Shown here: piece after piece, positions 1 through 14,800 of the stretch
Position numbering within the stretch: the stretch's first letter is position 1
How the letters are laid out: each line of letters starts with the position of its first letter
Source: the human T2T-CHM13v2.0 reference genome, Homo sapiens
Direction: 5' to 3' (one strand)
Length of the DNA stretch: 64,000 nt
Assembly (NCBI RefSeq): GCF_009914755.1
Contig: NC_060928.1
Position numbers and translations under genes: made by a program
Notes under the pieces: generated by a model
What the model was told of the DNA's origin: nothing
Databases searched by the model: none
What the model saw: the letters and a program-made list of their open reading frames with translations, nothing else

Positions 1-1220
1 CTCTTTGTTGAAATTCATACTTTGTGTATTGTTCTCCTGAGCATGTTGAACATTTTATTATTTATAAAGATATGACTGTTTGTTTTAAATTTTCTGTCAA
101 GTAATTCATATATTTCCATTCGGGTTGGTTTTTGGAGTTTTATTTTATTCCTTTGTTTGGATCATGTTTGCCTGTTTCTTTATTTTTCTTGAGTCTTTGT
201 ATTGTTATCTATGCAGCAGAAAAACCTCTACATCTCCCAGTTTCCACAGATTGATCGTGTGCTAGAGAAGACCTTCACCATTCAACCTGGCCAGTTTCTG
301 TGTGTCTCTCAAACCTTCTTGGTAGTCTAAATCACTGCCTTTTTTAAAGTGGCTCCCAGGTGTCCAGAGTTTGTTAGGCTGTCTATCCTCCAAGAAAGGT
401 GGGTAGAAGTAAACTCCTCTGGTAGCTCTTAGAGAAGTTGGAATGCCAGATCTATGATCCATCTCTTTTCCTTCCCCAAGAAGAATCTGGGCACTGGTGT
501 TTTTTACGTGCTCACTCTGTGTTGAGCTCGGGTAGCATCTGTGATGAGTTCTGCACACTTGTTCAAAGCACCGCTTTGTTCTTTATAGCCTTCAGTGGTC
601 TAGTGTATACTGGGCCCTATCAGTGCTCTGAGACAGATGAGAGAAAAGCCAGTCCCTTGAGTAGCACCAGAAAAAGTTGGGATGGCAGACATGTGGTTCA
701 AGTGTTCTCAGGGAGAAGCTGGGAGCTAGGGTTTACTTCCGTTCCTTGCTGTGCACTGAGCTTTGGGGAGGAGCTGTGGCATGTCTTCATGCTAGTGCAA
801 ACTGTTACTTTTTTCTCTGTAGTCCTCAGGGGCCTAGTGTGCTAGTGTATGATGTGCTTTATCAGCTTTCCAAGACAGGAGAGATAGAAGACAGTCTCTC
901 TGCTAGTATGTGCAAAAACTGAGATGCTAGGTGTATGGTCCAACTGCTTCACTCCAGAGGAAGAAGCTGTAAGCTGAGGACTCCCTCATGATTATATTAT
1001 GCTGTGCTGGGGTTTTAGGGGTGGGGATTAGGGCTGGAGGGTGTCTTATTTTCCTACGAGTTCAGTGTGGCTGATTTCATACTCAACTGAGGTACAGAAG
1101 ACTCTCAACTAGTTTTAGAATTTCTCACAAAGAAGATTGATCCATTTGTTGTTGAATTTTTATGTCCTTGAGGGGGAGTAAGAGTCCAGGGCTTCCTTTT
1201 TCACTATCTTGCTGACATCA
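1..1220 (-). mobile_element. Old L1M 5' region fragment
   Basis: T-rich antisense ORF1-like sequence followed by a GC-richer 5' UTR-like tract. Confidence 0.5.
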
Positions 1221-1605
1221 CTCTTAGGGAAACAGACTTTTCAATAGAGTCATATGCAGTCCCTCATTCATTTCTTCACCTACTACTTACTATACTATCC
1301 ACTCCAATCTAGCCTCTTTCTCAACTGAAAAAAAGTTCTTTCTTTTGCTGAATCCCATGGAAAGCTTTCAGTCCTCATCTCAACCTCTCAGCAACTTTTG
1401 GCCCTGTTAGCCAACTCTTTCATGAAATATTCTTTTTTTTCCTTGAGTTCTGTTGGTGCCACACACTGCTGGATTTACCCCTTCTTCCTGGGCTATTTAT
1501 TCTTTGAATTATTGGCTTATCTTTTCCTATCTGCTTATTAAATATTGCAATTCCTCACATTTCAATTCCATGTCTTTTTTTTTTTAACCATAAACTCTCT
1601 TTTCA

Positions 1606-1775
1606 AACAAGTGATTCTTCTGATAATTAAAATCATCTGAAGAGCTTTTTAAAAACCCTGATGCCCGGGCCACATCCAAAACTAATTAAATCTAGATATG
1701 GGTGATGGGATGAGGTATCAGTAATTTCTAGAATTCCTCAGCTGAATCCAATCTGTTTCCAACCTTGAGAATCCA
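1606..1775. mobile_element. MER5A (hAT-Charlie) fossil
   Basis: aatcatctgaagagcttttt...gatgcccgggccacatcc...ttgagaatcca. Confidence 0.7.
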
Positions 1776-2012
1776 TAAACAAATTTATCTAAACTCACAG
1801 CTTTAAATACCATTTTTTTTATATCAGAATAAAGATCATGTATGTTTGATTCTCAAGTGCATAACCTGTACATAGCAAGTGCATGGCACATAGGAAATTC
1901 TCTGAAACTGTTAAATGAATTAAGGAATGACTAAAGTGAGAGAGAAATTTAGCATATTGGTGGTTGCATAACTGGTAAAGCTCCTTAAGGAAACTTAGTA
2001 TTTAGTTGATGT

Positions 2013-2408
2013 TGTAGGTTGAATTCTCTTAGAGACAGAGACATTGAGATGAAAATTTGCATGAAAAAAGGGATTACTTTTGGGAACATGTCTTAAGAGG
2101 GAGTAACGCAGGCTTAAACACAGGAACAGTGGGGTTGCAACTGAGTGATCAGTCCATGCCATTGGGAACTCTGAAGATGGGATGGCCCTTCAGGGTTGTC
2201 TTAATTAGTAGAAAGGGACCCAGCCACCTTCATATACCCCTATCAAAGTCACTGGGTATGGGCTGCCTCTAGGACAAGACACCTTACTTCAGCCAAAGGC
2301 TATTCCAGAAGACACTCAGCTCTGAACTGTAGGCAGCCAACATTCCCAGGAGCAAGCTCATTCCTGGAGGGGTGACCTTGATGGTGGGGCACTGCAGCAT
2401 CCACCATA
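2013..2408 (-). mobile_element. ERVL LTR16-like solo LTR
   Basis: - strand begins ggtggatgctgcagtgccccacc, resembling the LTR16 start. Confidence 0.6.
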
Positions 2409-2616
2409 GGTAGAATCAGATTGTCAAATGAATGAGCTCTGAGACCTCACCTAATTTAACCTTTGGTTTAAAGGTGAGTATACTGAAGCTCACAGAGGGT
2501 AAGTGCTTGGCCCAATATCATGTGGGAAGCTTACAGTCCATCTGAGGGTTAGAACACTAGTCTCTTGACTCTCAGAGAAGTGTTTTTCAATTATACCCAC
2601 ATTTTACTCAAATTTA

Positions 2617-2642
2617 GTGTGTGTGTATATGTGTGTGTGTGT
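2617..2642. repeat. Interrupted (GT)n microsatellite
   Basis: gtgtgtgtgtatatgtgtgtgtgtgt. Confidence 0.8.
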
Positions 2643-3854
2643 AATTTTTCATATAGATATTTTCGTTGGGCCAGGAGGGAAATATTTTAAGTTTTTGCTG
2701 TATATGGAAAATTGAGAAAAGCTAAGTATCATCGCAGTTGGTTGCAGAGTTAGAAGTCGTAACTATGGATTTGTACTTGCTGGGCCAGGATGTAATTCTA
2801 TTCTGTAGAGTATGGAAAGTAATGGCACAGTAAACATTGTGTTTGGATTGAGGTTTAACTCTTTATGTCAAAGAGGTTTGGAGATCATTAGCAAACCCAT
2901 TAGAATTAGTGAGAATGTATAATGTTTTACAGTTGAGCAATATACGGTATAAATAGAAGATACTTCTACATGGTTGTCATAGAATGAGTAATCTCACATG
3001 AGATATGAAGTTAAAAGTGACCAACAGATAGCCTTCAATGAGATTTGCAAATTGCTGGTATTAAAAATCTAGTATCTCTCCAGATAGTTGCTTCTACTTT
3101 ATGCAAAATATTTTTTCTTTGAGCCATGGATGATGTAATTGTATAATTGGAGCTAGAGAAGATTTGAAAATGTTTCCACAGGCTACAACAGTTCCTGAAA
3201 CCCAGGTGAGGGGATAAATAACATGAATGTTGTGGAACACTCTTCTTAATTATGACTCTTGGCCCATAATAACATGACAGACTTTGCCACACACATACAC
3301 ACACTCATAAACACATTCTTTTCAAATAAGTTTAAACTAAACTAATCATGTAAAAGGTATCACTCACTGTCTGCATTCATAAAACTGTTTACAGTTTAAT
3401 CTGTGAAAACAGAATGGAAAATAAATCCAGAAGCTGTCAAGAGAAGTGATAGTAAATTATAGGATAAGTAGGAAAATACAAAAATAAAAAATACTCCACA
3501 ATAATTACACAGTTATATGTATTCATGAATAACCACCAATTTAACTTATTAGCTGAATACATGAAGTATTTGTCTGTCTTTGTATGTCTATTTATCTGAT
3601 TATCTAAAAATTATTGCATACAGATGGAAATGTAATGCTGAACTTTTAATACCTTTATATTTACAGACCAGTAGCAGTGTTTTTTTCATAAGCCCCAGCC
3701 TTAACATGTGATCAAGGTTTCACTTCCATGTGATTATTATATACATAGTTTGCTTCCAGTTAAGGCTGTGGATTTTGGAAGGAGAGAGTGCAATTGGCTC
3801 TCCTGACTCAGTGTCTTTCCTGGTCTCTCTCTCTCTTTCTTTTTTTTTTTTCAA

Positions 3855-4805
3855 ATAAACATTTTATTTTAGAATAGCTTTATAGAGTTATAGAAAAATT
3901 TCCAAGGTAGTACAGAGAGTTCCCAAATACCCTGCACCTAATTTTCTCTATTTTTATTTTTCTTTAGTATGGTGCTTTTATTTATTTTTTACAATTAAAG
4001 AGCTAATATTAATAGAATATTAATAAGTCAAGGCCATTCTTTATTCAGACCTCTTTGGTCTTTACCTTAAGTCGTTTTCTGTCACAGGATCCCTTCCAGG
4101 ATACTATGTTACATAGTTGTCATGCCTTCTTGTGCTTCTCTTGGCCGTGACAGTCACTCACACATTACTTACTTTTGATGACTGTGAGAGTTTAGTAAAG
4201 TATCTGTCAAATATTTTGTGGATGTCCTTCAGATGGGATTTATCGGATGTGTTTCCCATGACTAGACTAGGTTATGTGGTTTTTGAGAGGAAGACCCGCG
4301 GGTTAAAATGTGATTCTTATCACATCATATCAAGGGTCCATATTATCAACATGACTTATCACGGTTGAGGTTAACTTGATCACCTGCTGAGGAGAGTGCC
4401 CGTGGAGTTTCTCTGCCATAAAGTTACTCTTTCCGCACCCCCCTTTGCAGACTGAACTCTTTGGAAGGGAGTCACTATGCACAGCTCACACTAAGGAGTG
4501 GGGAGTTATTTTCCACCAATTAGAAAGCAGAAGATCTACACCAATTATTTGGAATTCTTCATGAGTGATTTGTCTATATTTCCCCATTTATTCAATTCTT
4601 ATTTTTATCTGTATGGACTCTGGAATTTTTATTTTGTACTATAATACAATACTACTTTATTTTGTTGCTCAAATCATTGCAGCTTTGGCCATTGGGAACC
4701 CTCTCAGTTTGTTCCGGTGTCCTTCCATTGACATATTTCCATTATGGTGTTTTTTTTTTTTTTTTTTCCTGAACACTTCTTTAATTTCTGTTACTGTAAG
4801 ATACC
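3855..4805 (-). mobile_element. Old L1MC/MD 3' end
   Basis: aaacattttattttagaatagcttt...tagtacagagagttccc, typical of an L1MC/MD 3' terminus. Confidence 0.7.
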
Positions 4806-7800
4806 TGCTCTTTAAAAAAAAATTGTCTTCTCATTTCACTTTATATGAGGTTACCAGCTTTAAAATAATGACTAATAACATCACGGTTGCCACTATTTAT
4901 AGTTATATTGTTTTCTTTGATATAATTCCTTTCTGAGTCCTTTTAGTGTAGTATTCAGAAAGGGAATCTTCCATCTAAAACCTCCACCAACAATAATACC
5001 TTATGTTTTCTTGTATCTTGCTGTGTCTGAAAAGCAGAATTAACAGTAATCAAAACATCCCACAGAGTCAGAATTGCTTGCTGTAGAAGGGAGGATGATT
5101 GATCTGTTTCCATGAAGAATTTCTTAACTTGTGGTCTACTCGTCCAGGAACCCTCAGAAACACAAATTTTGTATACCCTTTTTGGGGAAGTGTAGAGTTT
5201 TTATCAGATTTTCAGAGACATCTGTTATCTAACAAAGAGGCAAAGAATCACTGCCTTAGAGCATGAGAAATGATACAACCAACACATATTACATCCTCAT
5301 TCTACCCTTGTGTCTGTGGCTTTGTATTTGGTTAAGTTCATGTCCAGCTGAAAGCTGCGCAGCCCCACACTTACTACATTCAGGTCTGAGACGGCCTCTG
5401 ACAATTGTCATTGCATTTATTGCTCTATGGAGAAATAAAACAATTCCTTTAGACTCAGATTTCTAGTTTTAGCAAGAAGATTAATACAATATACTCATCC
5501 ACACCTGTTTTGAAATGAAACTGTGCACTGTGGTCACTGAAGGGTCATGTAAAAAAAAAGAATGTTCTACAGTTAATAGAAAACTGAGCTTCCTCCTTTG
5601 GAAATAAATTTCTGGATTTTTCCTTTAGTGCTGGAAAATATTACATCATACAGCTATACAGTCTGACACATTCCTTGCATAACTTTACATATTAGTAATG
5701 ACATTGGTTCAAGTTTAGGCAAGTGAACAAAAGATGACTGGTTGTAAAAGGCTTTTGATATAAAACTCTATTTTCTCTAGTCATTTGATCACTTTGCCCA
5801 AGTAGAATAAGTTATTTTCTTAAATTAATGTCATATTTCCAAGAAATAAATCCTGCTTTTTAATATATTGGAATTGTTGATAGATTTCTTAAAATAAAAC
5901 AAAATAGCATAGTCAAATGCATAAAACATTGGACTGAGATTCAGAATATGAAGACTTTAATAACAAAGCAGGCATTAAGTGTGTGATCTAATTTAAATCA
6001 CTTAACTCTCCTTTTTCATGTTTATTTTGTGTTAAGTAATACTAACTTACTTTCTAAATTATAAGGAGATATATAGTAACATACAGACAAGGGAAAATAT
6101 GTTACATGCAAATTGTTTTAACTCTTTAAAACAAAGTGACTGTATCCATTTAATCTCTTATATTTTAGTCTGTAGAGATAATTTTAATGTTATTTTAGTA
6201 TTGATAAGCTAAAAAATATGATTTTAACTTTTTTTAGGTGGGAAAAACCCTGAGTTCATGCATATGAATATAAACTACATGGAATTTTATTTAAATTTTA
6301 AAACATCTCTGTATTTCTAATACAAATAAATGTGAATTGTTGATTAAACATTTATGCCAAGTTACCTGCAGCTGAGACATGAAAATATATATTGACACAA
6401 ATAAGAATAGAAGAAAAGGGGCCATATGATATTTGGTATATTCCCTGGGTTGTTTTTTTGTTGTTGTTTGTTTGCTTGTTTGATTTTCAAAAGATTTTTG
6501 TCAAACAATGTTGAGTTTTTGTTGCTAACGAACAAAAATTTGTTTTTAACAGTGGAGAGTTGAAAAACATTTGGAGATGGTAGAAGAGTGAACTGATAGA
6601 AAGGGCCAATTTATATTTTCAGTACTAATGATTTTTAACAATGCTTAGTAAAATGAATAGAACTCAAGGTAAAATACATATGCCCTAAAGCAATATGTGT
6701 ATGGATGGTAATAAGAAGATAGATAATATTTCACTTACACTATGGCAGGCTTACCATGGAGCAGGTTTCATTCTTGGCTCTACCACCTTAGAAAAATCTC
6801 TTAACCCTGCTGTCTTAGTTTCTTCATACACCATGTACTCTACAGGTTCATTTACTTACCTCTTACTCTTCTACCAATGTTTTTCTACCATTATCTCCCT
6901 CAAAATAACAGCTTTCTGTGTGGCTAATATCTCTTCTGTTTAATCACGTGAACATGACTATCAAATGAAAGAATGTGATGGACATAATGGTTGATTCTCC
7001 AATATTCATTCCGCACCAGACTATTGATCTGAGCCAATCATGAATGTTTCTTCCTCCTTGCTAGTAGTTCAGCAATGGTCAATGCTGGGAAGATTCTGAG
7101 GGTGGGGGAAGTCATTACTCCTAAGAGAGTGCCACAGGACAAAATGTTCTTCTTCCTCTGGAAATAACGAGTGGAACTGCTTACCCCTTACAGCACAGGC
7201 AACATGAGGCTGAAATATACCTAGAAGAGATGGCAGATTGGAAGTACTTGAACCAATGTGTATTTAATACTATAAAAACAGTAGGGAACTACAGATATAT
7301 AGAAGCCATGAATCCCTCAATAATCATACTGTTTTCATTTTGTCTAGTTGGTAATATACTCGTAGATAAGAAAAGAAAAGCTACAAAATCATTGCCAAAC
7401 AATATATTTATTAGTTCATGTTTATTAGAGTAAGGTTGCATGGTTGATGCAAGATTTTACAAAGAAGATGAGGTTTAAAAGGACAGGTTTGGTTTAGATT
7501 AGTACAATAAAGAATGGAAGTTACAATATTCCAGGAAGAGAGACTGATTCTGTGGAAGAAGGACAAAATTTGGTAGTGAGATAAAGGGCTAAAAATGAGT
7601 TTGACTGACACAGCCTACAGCTAGAAGCAGAAAAATCAGCTGGAAAGTTCTAAACTACAAAATTTAGTGTTAATTGTCTTCATGTTGTCTTTTCATTGTT
7701 TAGAAGGAATGTACTTGTAAAAGATTTTATATGAAGAGACACAATAACAGCAGTCCTGAATTGATCCAATACAAGTGTATTTTGTAATCAATCAATTCTT

Positions 7801-9167
7801 TTACTTCCTTTGAATGAGAAAACTTGTAGATAGGTTTGAACGCTAATTTGCATCCTAATATCCAATTTTCCCACGTGCGCTCATTCTCTTTAGAGTTTTC
7901 CATCTTTTGTTAAAGGATGACAACTGGCTGTAAGGAAGTTATAGTTTTACCTGCAATTAATTGGAAAATCTAATTACCAGCCCTCAAGTTTATGAAGCTG
8001 TGATATTGGAGCCAATAAAGCCACAAGAAGCAATTTTTAAAAATCCGTATGATCTATGCACTTTTGGGAGGTCTAACTGATTGATTTTCATCTTTTAAAA
8101 TGCTTTGCACTCTGACTGAATTTCTATTTGAAAGGGTTGTCTATATCAATTCATAGTATTATTAAATTATGTCATACATTTTTTTCTGTTATATCTCACC
8201 TACAATGGTTGCCTCTTATCGGCAGATTGTATGAAAATAAACTCAGAAATGCCTAATAGATAAAGACTTTTGATTTCAATACAAAGCCAAGCCTGTTGCA
8301 TCTAAGTTTCCTTCATATAAATTAATATAATTTATGAAACTGAGACTTTTTACCATATCAACACAGAAAAGGCTGTGCTAGGTGCTTCAAGTAGAGTTTT
8401 GCTCTTCCTTGTGATTGTCATGGATTTTGTGTGTGTGTGTAGGTAATGGGAAAAATTATTATGCATAAGACTTTATGAGGGGTAAAATAAACCAAACTCA
8501 AACAAAAACAACAAAACATTTTCCTTGGCTTCCAAGAAAGTGCCTTTCTAAAAAAGGGCTCTTAAGCAACCACCAATTTTGTCACTTATCATTATTCAAA
8601 GTTAATTAAAATAGCAAAACAATGCAGATTTTCCTCTTCTTAATAAAGAGTTCATGACAAATATATATAGAAAAGCAATAGGTAGTTATCTCTTATAGTA
8701 TAGAGTATTTTACTTGTTTCATTTATCTGATAATAGTGAAAAGTATTTTACCAATTCCCTTCTGCCTCCCAAGCTGCCATATTTTACTGAGTGAGGAAAA
8801 TGTTCACTGTATTTCTTGGGGAATATCATTTTATGAACATCAGCATGATTGCCTTATGAATTCTTAGACCATCTCTCTGGTCAGATTGTTTTTGTGTTGG
8901 CAGGCTAATATTACACATTGTTCAAAAAATGTTCTTTGTTGTTTTTTTCTCATTGTGTGCACTCCCTTTGTACTTGCCTAGATTTCAATGGCAGGTTGCT
9001 TCAGAACAAGTAACCTGTCTGCTTAATTTTACTTTATAGAAAGTAACATGGAGTATTTAGAGCAATGTTTCATACATTTAGTAAAGTTAATTGTTAAAAT
9101 ATATATATTTTTAATAACAATGTCTTTTGGGTTTTTAACAATATTTACTAGTCTCTATTTCTATTTG

Positions 9168-9927
9168 AAAACCACAATGAGATACCATCTCACACCAGTT
9201 AGAATGGCAATCATTAAAAAGTCAGGAAACAACAGGTGCTGGAGAGGATGTGGAGAAATAGGAACACTTTTACACTGTTGGGGGACTGTAAACTAGTTCA
9301 ACCCTTGTGGAAGTCAGTGTGGCGATTCCTCAGGGATCTAGAACTAGAAATACCATTTGACCCAGCCATCCCATTACTGGGTATATACACAAAGAACTAT
9401 AAATCATGCTGCTATAAAGACACATGCACACATATGTGTATTGCGGCACTATTCACAATAGCAAAGACTTGGAACCAACCCAAATGTCCAACAATGATAG
9501 GCTGGATTAAGAAAATGTGGCACATATACACCATGGAATGCTATGCAGCCATAAAAAATGGTGAGTTCATGTCCTTTGTAGGGACATGGATGAAACTGGA
9601 AATCATCATTCTCAGTAAACTGTCGCAAGAACAAAAAACCAAACACTGCGTGTTCTCATTCATAGGTGGGAATTGAACAATGAGAACATATGGACACAGG
9701 AAGGGGAACATCACATTCTGGGGACTGTTGTGGGGTGGGGGGAGGGGGGTGGGATAGCTTTAGGAGATATACCTAATGCTAAATGACAAGTTAATGGGTG
9801 CAGCACACCAGCATGGCACATGTATACATATGTAACTAACCTGCACATTGTGCACACATACCCTAAAACTTAAAATATAATAATAATAAAATAAAATAAA
9901 ATAATAAAATAAAATAAATAAAAAAAA
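9168..9927 (+). mobile_element. 5'-truncated L1PA (about PA2-PA4): ORF2 C-terminus, 3' UTR and A-rich tail
   Basis: [18 protein letters not shown] and ...DPAIPLLGIY...FIGGN* are L1 ORF2; G-tract 3' UTR; GCTAAATGAC/CACATTGTG variants; (AAAAT)n tail. Confidence 0.95.
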
Positions 9928-10053
9928 GAAGAAAAAGCCATACTATAGTTGTGGATTTGTCTCAAAAAGGCAGTCTTTCCTCCCAATGAGAATTACCCAT
10001 TTCTGTTGTTTGCTATTTATAACTACTTATCAGGATTTTTCTCTCTCTTATAG

Positions 10054-10160
10054 TCAGCAGTCAGCAGAGGACCTTGCCCGAGTACCTGCCAACTCCACTA
10101 GCAATATCTTGAACAGGTTATTGGTCAGTTATGATCCCAGGATAAGACCAAACTTCAAAG
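10054..10160 (+). CDS. GLRB: GLRB exon 3 (107 nt): (S)[35 protein letters not shown](G)
   Basis: Acceptor ctctctcttatag| and donor AAG|gtttgt; YDPRIRP motif of Cys-loop receptors; NST glycosylation sequon. Confidence 0.97.
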
Positions 10161-11827
10161 GTTTGTCTCCCCCATATAAATGTTCATTTTTATTGTTTAA
10201 AAATTAATTTTATATGTTTAGAGATTTGTGATATTTTATATGTATATGCTTTGTGATATTCAAAACAGTAAGATTTCAAAGTGATATATAACAAAAATGT
10301 CCTTAAGTTCAGAACAATTCAATGCCTAAAATATTCAGATGAGTAAAATATGAATTCTAATTGTTTTATAGGTTACCTGTTTTTAAAAATTCAAAAAAGG
10401 ATATACTGTGAATTAATAGGCCAACATCCGCAATGGGTTTTCTAAGTACTATTCTTAACCTTAGTGGTTTAAAATTTAGGCTCTGGAAATAGACCTGGCT
10501 TTCATTCACAGACACCAGAGTTATAATTTGCAGAATGATGATTTTCTCATTTAGGGAAAGAGAACAGTTCTGATGTATATTTAGAGTCTTTCTTACTTTT
10601 TGTTATTATTTCACATTAATAGAAAATTCTCTCTATTCTTTTGCTGAAAAAACAATTGGCCGTATGATTTTTAAAAGCATGTTAGCTTTGTGAATAAAAG
10701 TGATTACGTAGTCCACAACATAGATTATTTTTATTCCAATTAGATATTACCATTTATCACACCTTTTAAAAACCAAAACTATGCTTACAATAAAATAAGC
10801 CATGAGCAGATTGTGCAGTTGTAGAGACCTTTTTTGTACTTTTGATGAATTAGAAAAAAGCTGTATGAAAAACATCTCCTCTGGAAAACTATAATCCTTG
10901 TTGCTGGTTAAGGACAGGTATTAATGTAGATCAGATTAACATTATAAGGCTTGATTTTTTTTTTTTTTGCCTTTAGAAAAAAAAAATAGGTCTGCAGCTG
11001 CTTCTAGTCAACTGAAGTTATACAACTATGTTGTAAAAATGGGTTTTTGTTCATTACCAGGACCTATTCAGTTACTTTCAACAACAGCCATGGTCTGGGT
11101 TGTCACATGTCTACCATATATTGATTCACCACCTGTTTTTCATCAGTTAGTGGTTATGTGGCTAAAAGGCTAAATTCACATTTTCCCTTTGTTAGCACAA
11201 CGAGCAGCCACAATGAGATGAAAAAAAATAGAAAGAAATTTGCAACATTATACCTTAGTTCTCACTCCGTGAACTTTCAAATTATTTTTCAAAAGGTCAG
11301 GCAAAAATCTTTATAATGACTCTGCTATGTGTCCAATTAGCTTTGCATTTTCATGAATTAAAAATTAAAATAATAATTACAAGTAAAATTTATTGAATAC
11401 TGTTTTACCTATTAAAGTAAGAATTTGAACTGATTAGAAAAATGCAAAAAAATGAAACCCTGTTTTCAAAATGATTCTTTAAGAATAATTTGTAGTTCCT
11501 TAAAGTAAATGTATTAGGGCAATTTAAAAAAAGATTTAAAAGTAAATGTATTTTACAGAGTCTCTACAATTTAAGACATAATTCTTCCTGAAAAAAAAAA
11601 AACATTATAAAATATAATCGAACTCATTGCTTTATTTGTATTATGATTCCTATTTAGAAAAACAAGTTAATAGCAATTATGAACATGTTATACTGAGACC
11701 ATAGATTTTTTGCATTCCATATGGATTGGAAAAAATATAATAATTAAATGTGCAAACCAAAAAAACTATGATGATTCTGACCAAGTTTTTTACAGCTAAT
11801 AAATATATTCTTAATTTTTATTCATAG

Positions 11828-11895
11828 GCATTCCTGTTGATGTAGTAGTCAACATTTTTATTAACAGTTTTGGATCCATTCAAGAAACAACAATG
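11828..11895 (+). CDS. GLRB: GLRB exon 4 (68 nt): (G)[22 protein letters not shown]
   Basis: Acceptor tttttattcatag| and donor ATG|gtaaga; phase matches exons 3 and 5; not in the ORF track. Confidence 0.97.
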
Positions 11896-14800
11896 GTAAG
11901 ATTGCAATTAATTTAATATTTTGTCAAATATTTCAATAGAGGAGATAGTGAAAGTAACATTAAAATTGAACAATAAGGAGCAACTCAAATAATCCATGCC
12001 CTTTCCTAGTATAAAATGTCCAAATTTCTAGATTTTGTTAAATCAGTGATTTCAGTTACCCACATAATTTTGCAATTCACATTTAGCTTTAATATTGCGT
12101 TAAAACTTACAGACTTAAAAGAATTGATGTATTCCCCCTGAAAAACTGTGATTGGATACAACCTGGAGAAAGCGCTTATGCCATGAAGACTCTTGGGCAA
12201 CAGTTTTTGTTTTCTAATATGCTTATATGTTGGAACATTCAAAATGTTTTAAGTATTCAAGTTTTTTTCTTCCAATTTCCTGAGGAGAATCCTTGTTTTA
12301 CCTGTTATGTTCATTTTGTGATATGTAGAGCAGGGAATTGTAAGAAGCAAATAAGAAAATTGATTTTCATAAGATAGGGCAATGTGAACGCCTTGAAAAG
12401 ATGGTGCAGCAAGATGAAAGGGCCGGGAAAGGCAGGTGAAGACTGGGAAGGAGTGACAAGCAGATTCGTGTCTTGAAAGGAATAGGAAAGAGGTTCAAGA
12501 GAGGTTTGGCTGTTGTCCATGATAAGTTGGACTTTAGGGACAAAGTTTTCAGTAAAGTAATATTAGTAGATTTCCTAAGCCTCTTGAAAGCCATTCGATA
12601 AAGTCTATTTGCTTACTAAGGTTTTAGAATATTAAATTTGTGCTCTTTTTGACAAACCACATGGTGAAATAATACTTCAGGTGGAAGAAAGAAGACCTAA
12701 GATTTATTTTCCTGTATTTTTGGGAGACACTTTTATTTTATTAAATATAAGATTTTGATTGCAAGCCTAGTAAGAATGGCAAGAGTACAGTCTAATTTTC
12801 CTGAGAATATCTCAGACTAGTGAAATAATTACTTAAAATATTTACTCCATTATTCCTAGTAGCAGCAGCATAGTACATTATAAAAGCAATTGTACATTGC
12901 ATTTAATTAATGACACCTATTTTTAAATTTTAATTGTGATGAGAGTGTTATTTATTTGTAGAAGTATATATTTAAGCTGGGTAATGGACAAAGTGTAGAT
13001 ATTTTAGAGAATTACTTAAAAGATTTGGGGATTATGTCCAAAATTCACTTCCAGTGACTTTTTACATCATTTAAATAACATAGACATGCATTATAAATCA
13101 CTAGGAGACCTTTCTGAAATAAAATATAAACTACTATATATGACTCAAGAGACACTATAGCACTCATTAACTGAAAATGTGGTTAATCTGTCTATATACT
13201 TCACTTTCCAAGAGTAAGAGATATCATTTTCTCAAGGTAAAACTTTGCAGGAATCTATTTGATCTCCACACCCTGTTCTGTACCCTGGTTATCTAGCACG
13301 ACACCACTACACTAATACAGAAACACAGCTATGAAGATATTGCGTCTTATAGGAAACATCCCCACTCTTTATCTTGCATGCCCCTGTGATCAGATCCAAG
13401 AGAGTTTTAGGTCAGCTAATGCAAGGATCTTTTTTTCTTCTTTGCATATGTCATAGCTCAGTAGGTATCATTAATGTATCTATTTTGTAATAAATACTGA
13501 ATTCCTTCCAACTATCAGGAAGGAATTCTGGTAGGTCTCATCAGTAGTTACTAGACTGTATTGAGTTGAAAATACCAGGGAGCATGTAATATTTAAATAA
13601 ATTCTTACAGAGTTTTGATGATTATGATAAAATATTTCATCATTTCTAATATCCTCTCACTCATCTGCACAGACCCATCCCAGTAGTTAGCCAAGAATAA
13701 CTTATCCTCGGTACCAGATTCAATAAATTCTCACCATGGAGTCTTTACCCTTGCTTTTTATTCTTGATCTTCTTCTCTTCTAAACAGAAATTTTCATGGC
13801 TATTCTCACTCACTTTGTGCACTCTTTTCAATCTAGGTTTTTCATCTCTATTATTTGTCTGTTACTTTAATAGCTTCTATACTGTAATTAAATTATTTTT
13901 GTGTGTATTCCTTTTATTCTCTAATGGACTATAAACTCATAAAATTAGCAATAATGTATTCTACTTACTCATTTTTCCATAAAATACAGAAGACATTAGG
14001 CACTCAATGGTGAACACATAAATAAATATTTTTATATTAGCCAATAGTGAGTGAATAAATGAACAAATAAAATTGCTATTTGCTTAGTTAAGTAAAATGG
14101 TTGGTGGAACAAATTTAAACAGTAGATTAATGTTGAGCATTTAGATGGCTTAATAACAGACTGAATAATGTCGTTACTACAGAGTGTAATTTTGAAAACT
14201 TTGAAAACCTTTATCTAAAGGAGTCAAATTATTTATATTCATTATTTCTTTGATCATATAGCCTGGATGAAAACCAATCTGCCCTTCACTTTATATTGAC
14301 CGACATGCCTAAATGTTTAAGATCAGAACTACACTCATTAAATAGATGTAAATATTCCATTTTATCATAATTATTCTTTTTTGCTTCCAGCAATATTTAT
14401 TTTATATACCTTTATAAAGTAGAATTGTACACATATATCATTTTACAGTCATATTTCATATATTTGCTCAGTCTTCTCAAGGCAAATGCTGTAATACCTT
14501 GTTGTTTAATAGTTAGGAAAGCATAAGTCATTATAGATACATAAATGACATTAAAATATCTTTCAAAAGAAAAAATTCATCTAGACAACACTTCATTTCT
14601 TCATAATTTGTTATAAACAATGGTCAGAAAATAATAGTGATAACACAGAAGTGTAACCCAAAAGGGTATACATGTCTGGACAGGAGTTATGTTATGAGAG
14701 GATACTTCTTCAAAACAAACAAAAATAATAAAAATAAACAAAAAAAGTTCCCCAAAACAAGAGTTTGAGAAAGCAGAGAGTATTAGATTTGTCTATATAT

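Noticed and set aside
262-922. Overlapping ORFs of 81-135 aa
   Set aside because: They lie in a GC-richer old L1-like 5' region, with no homology or splice support.
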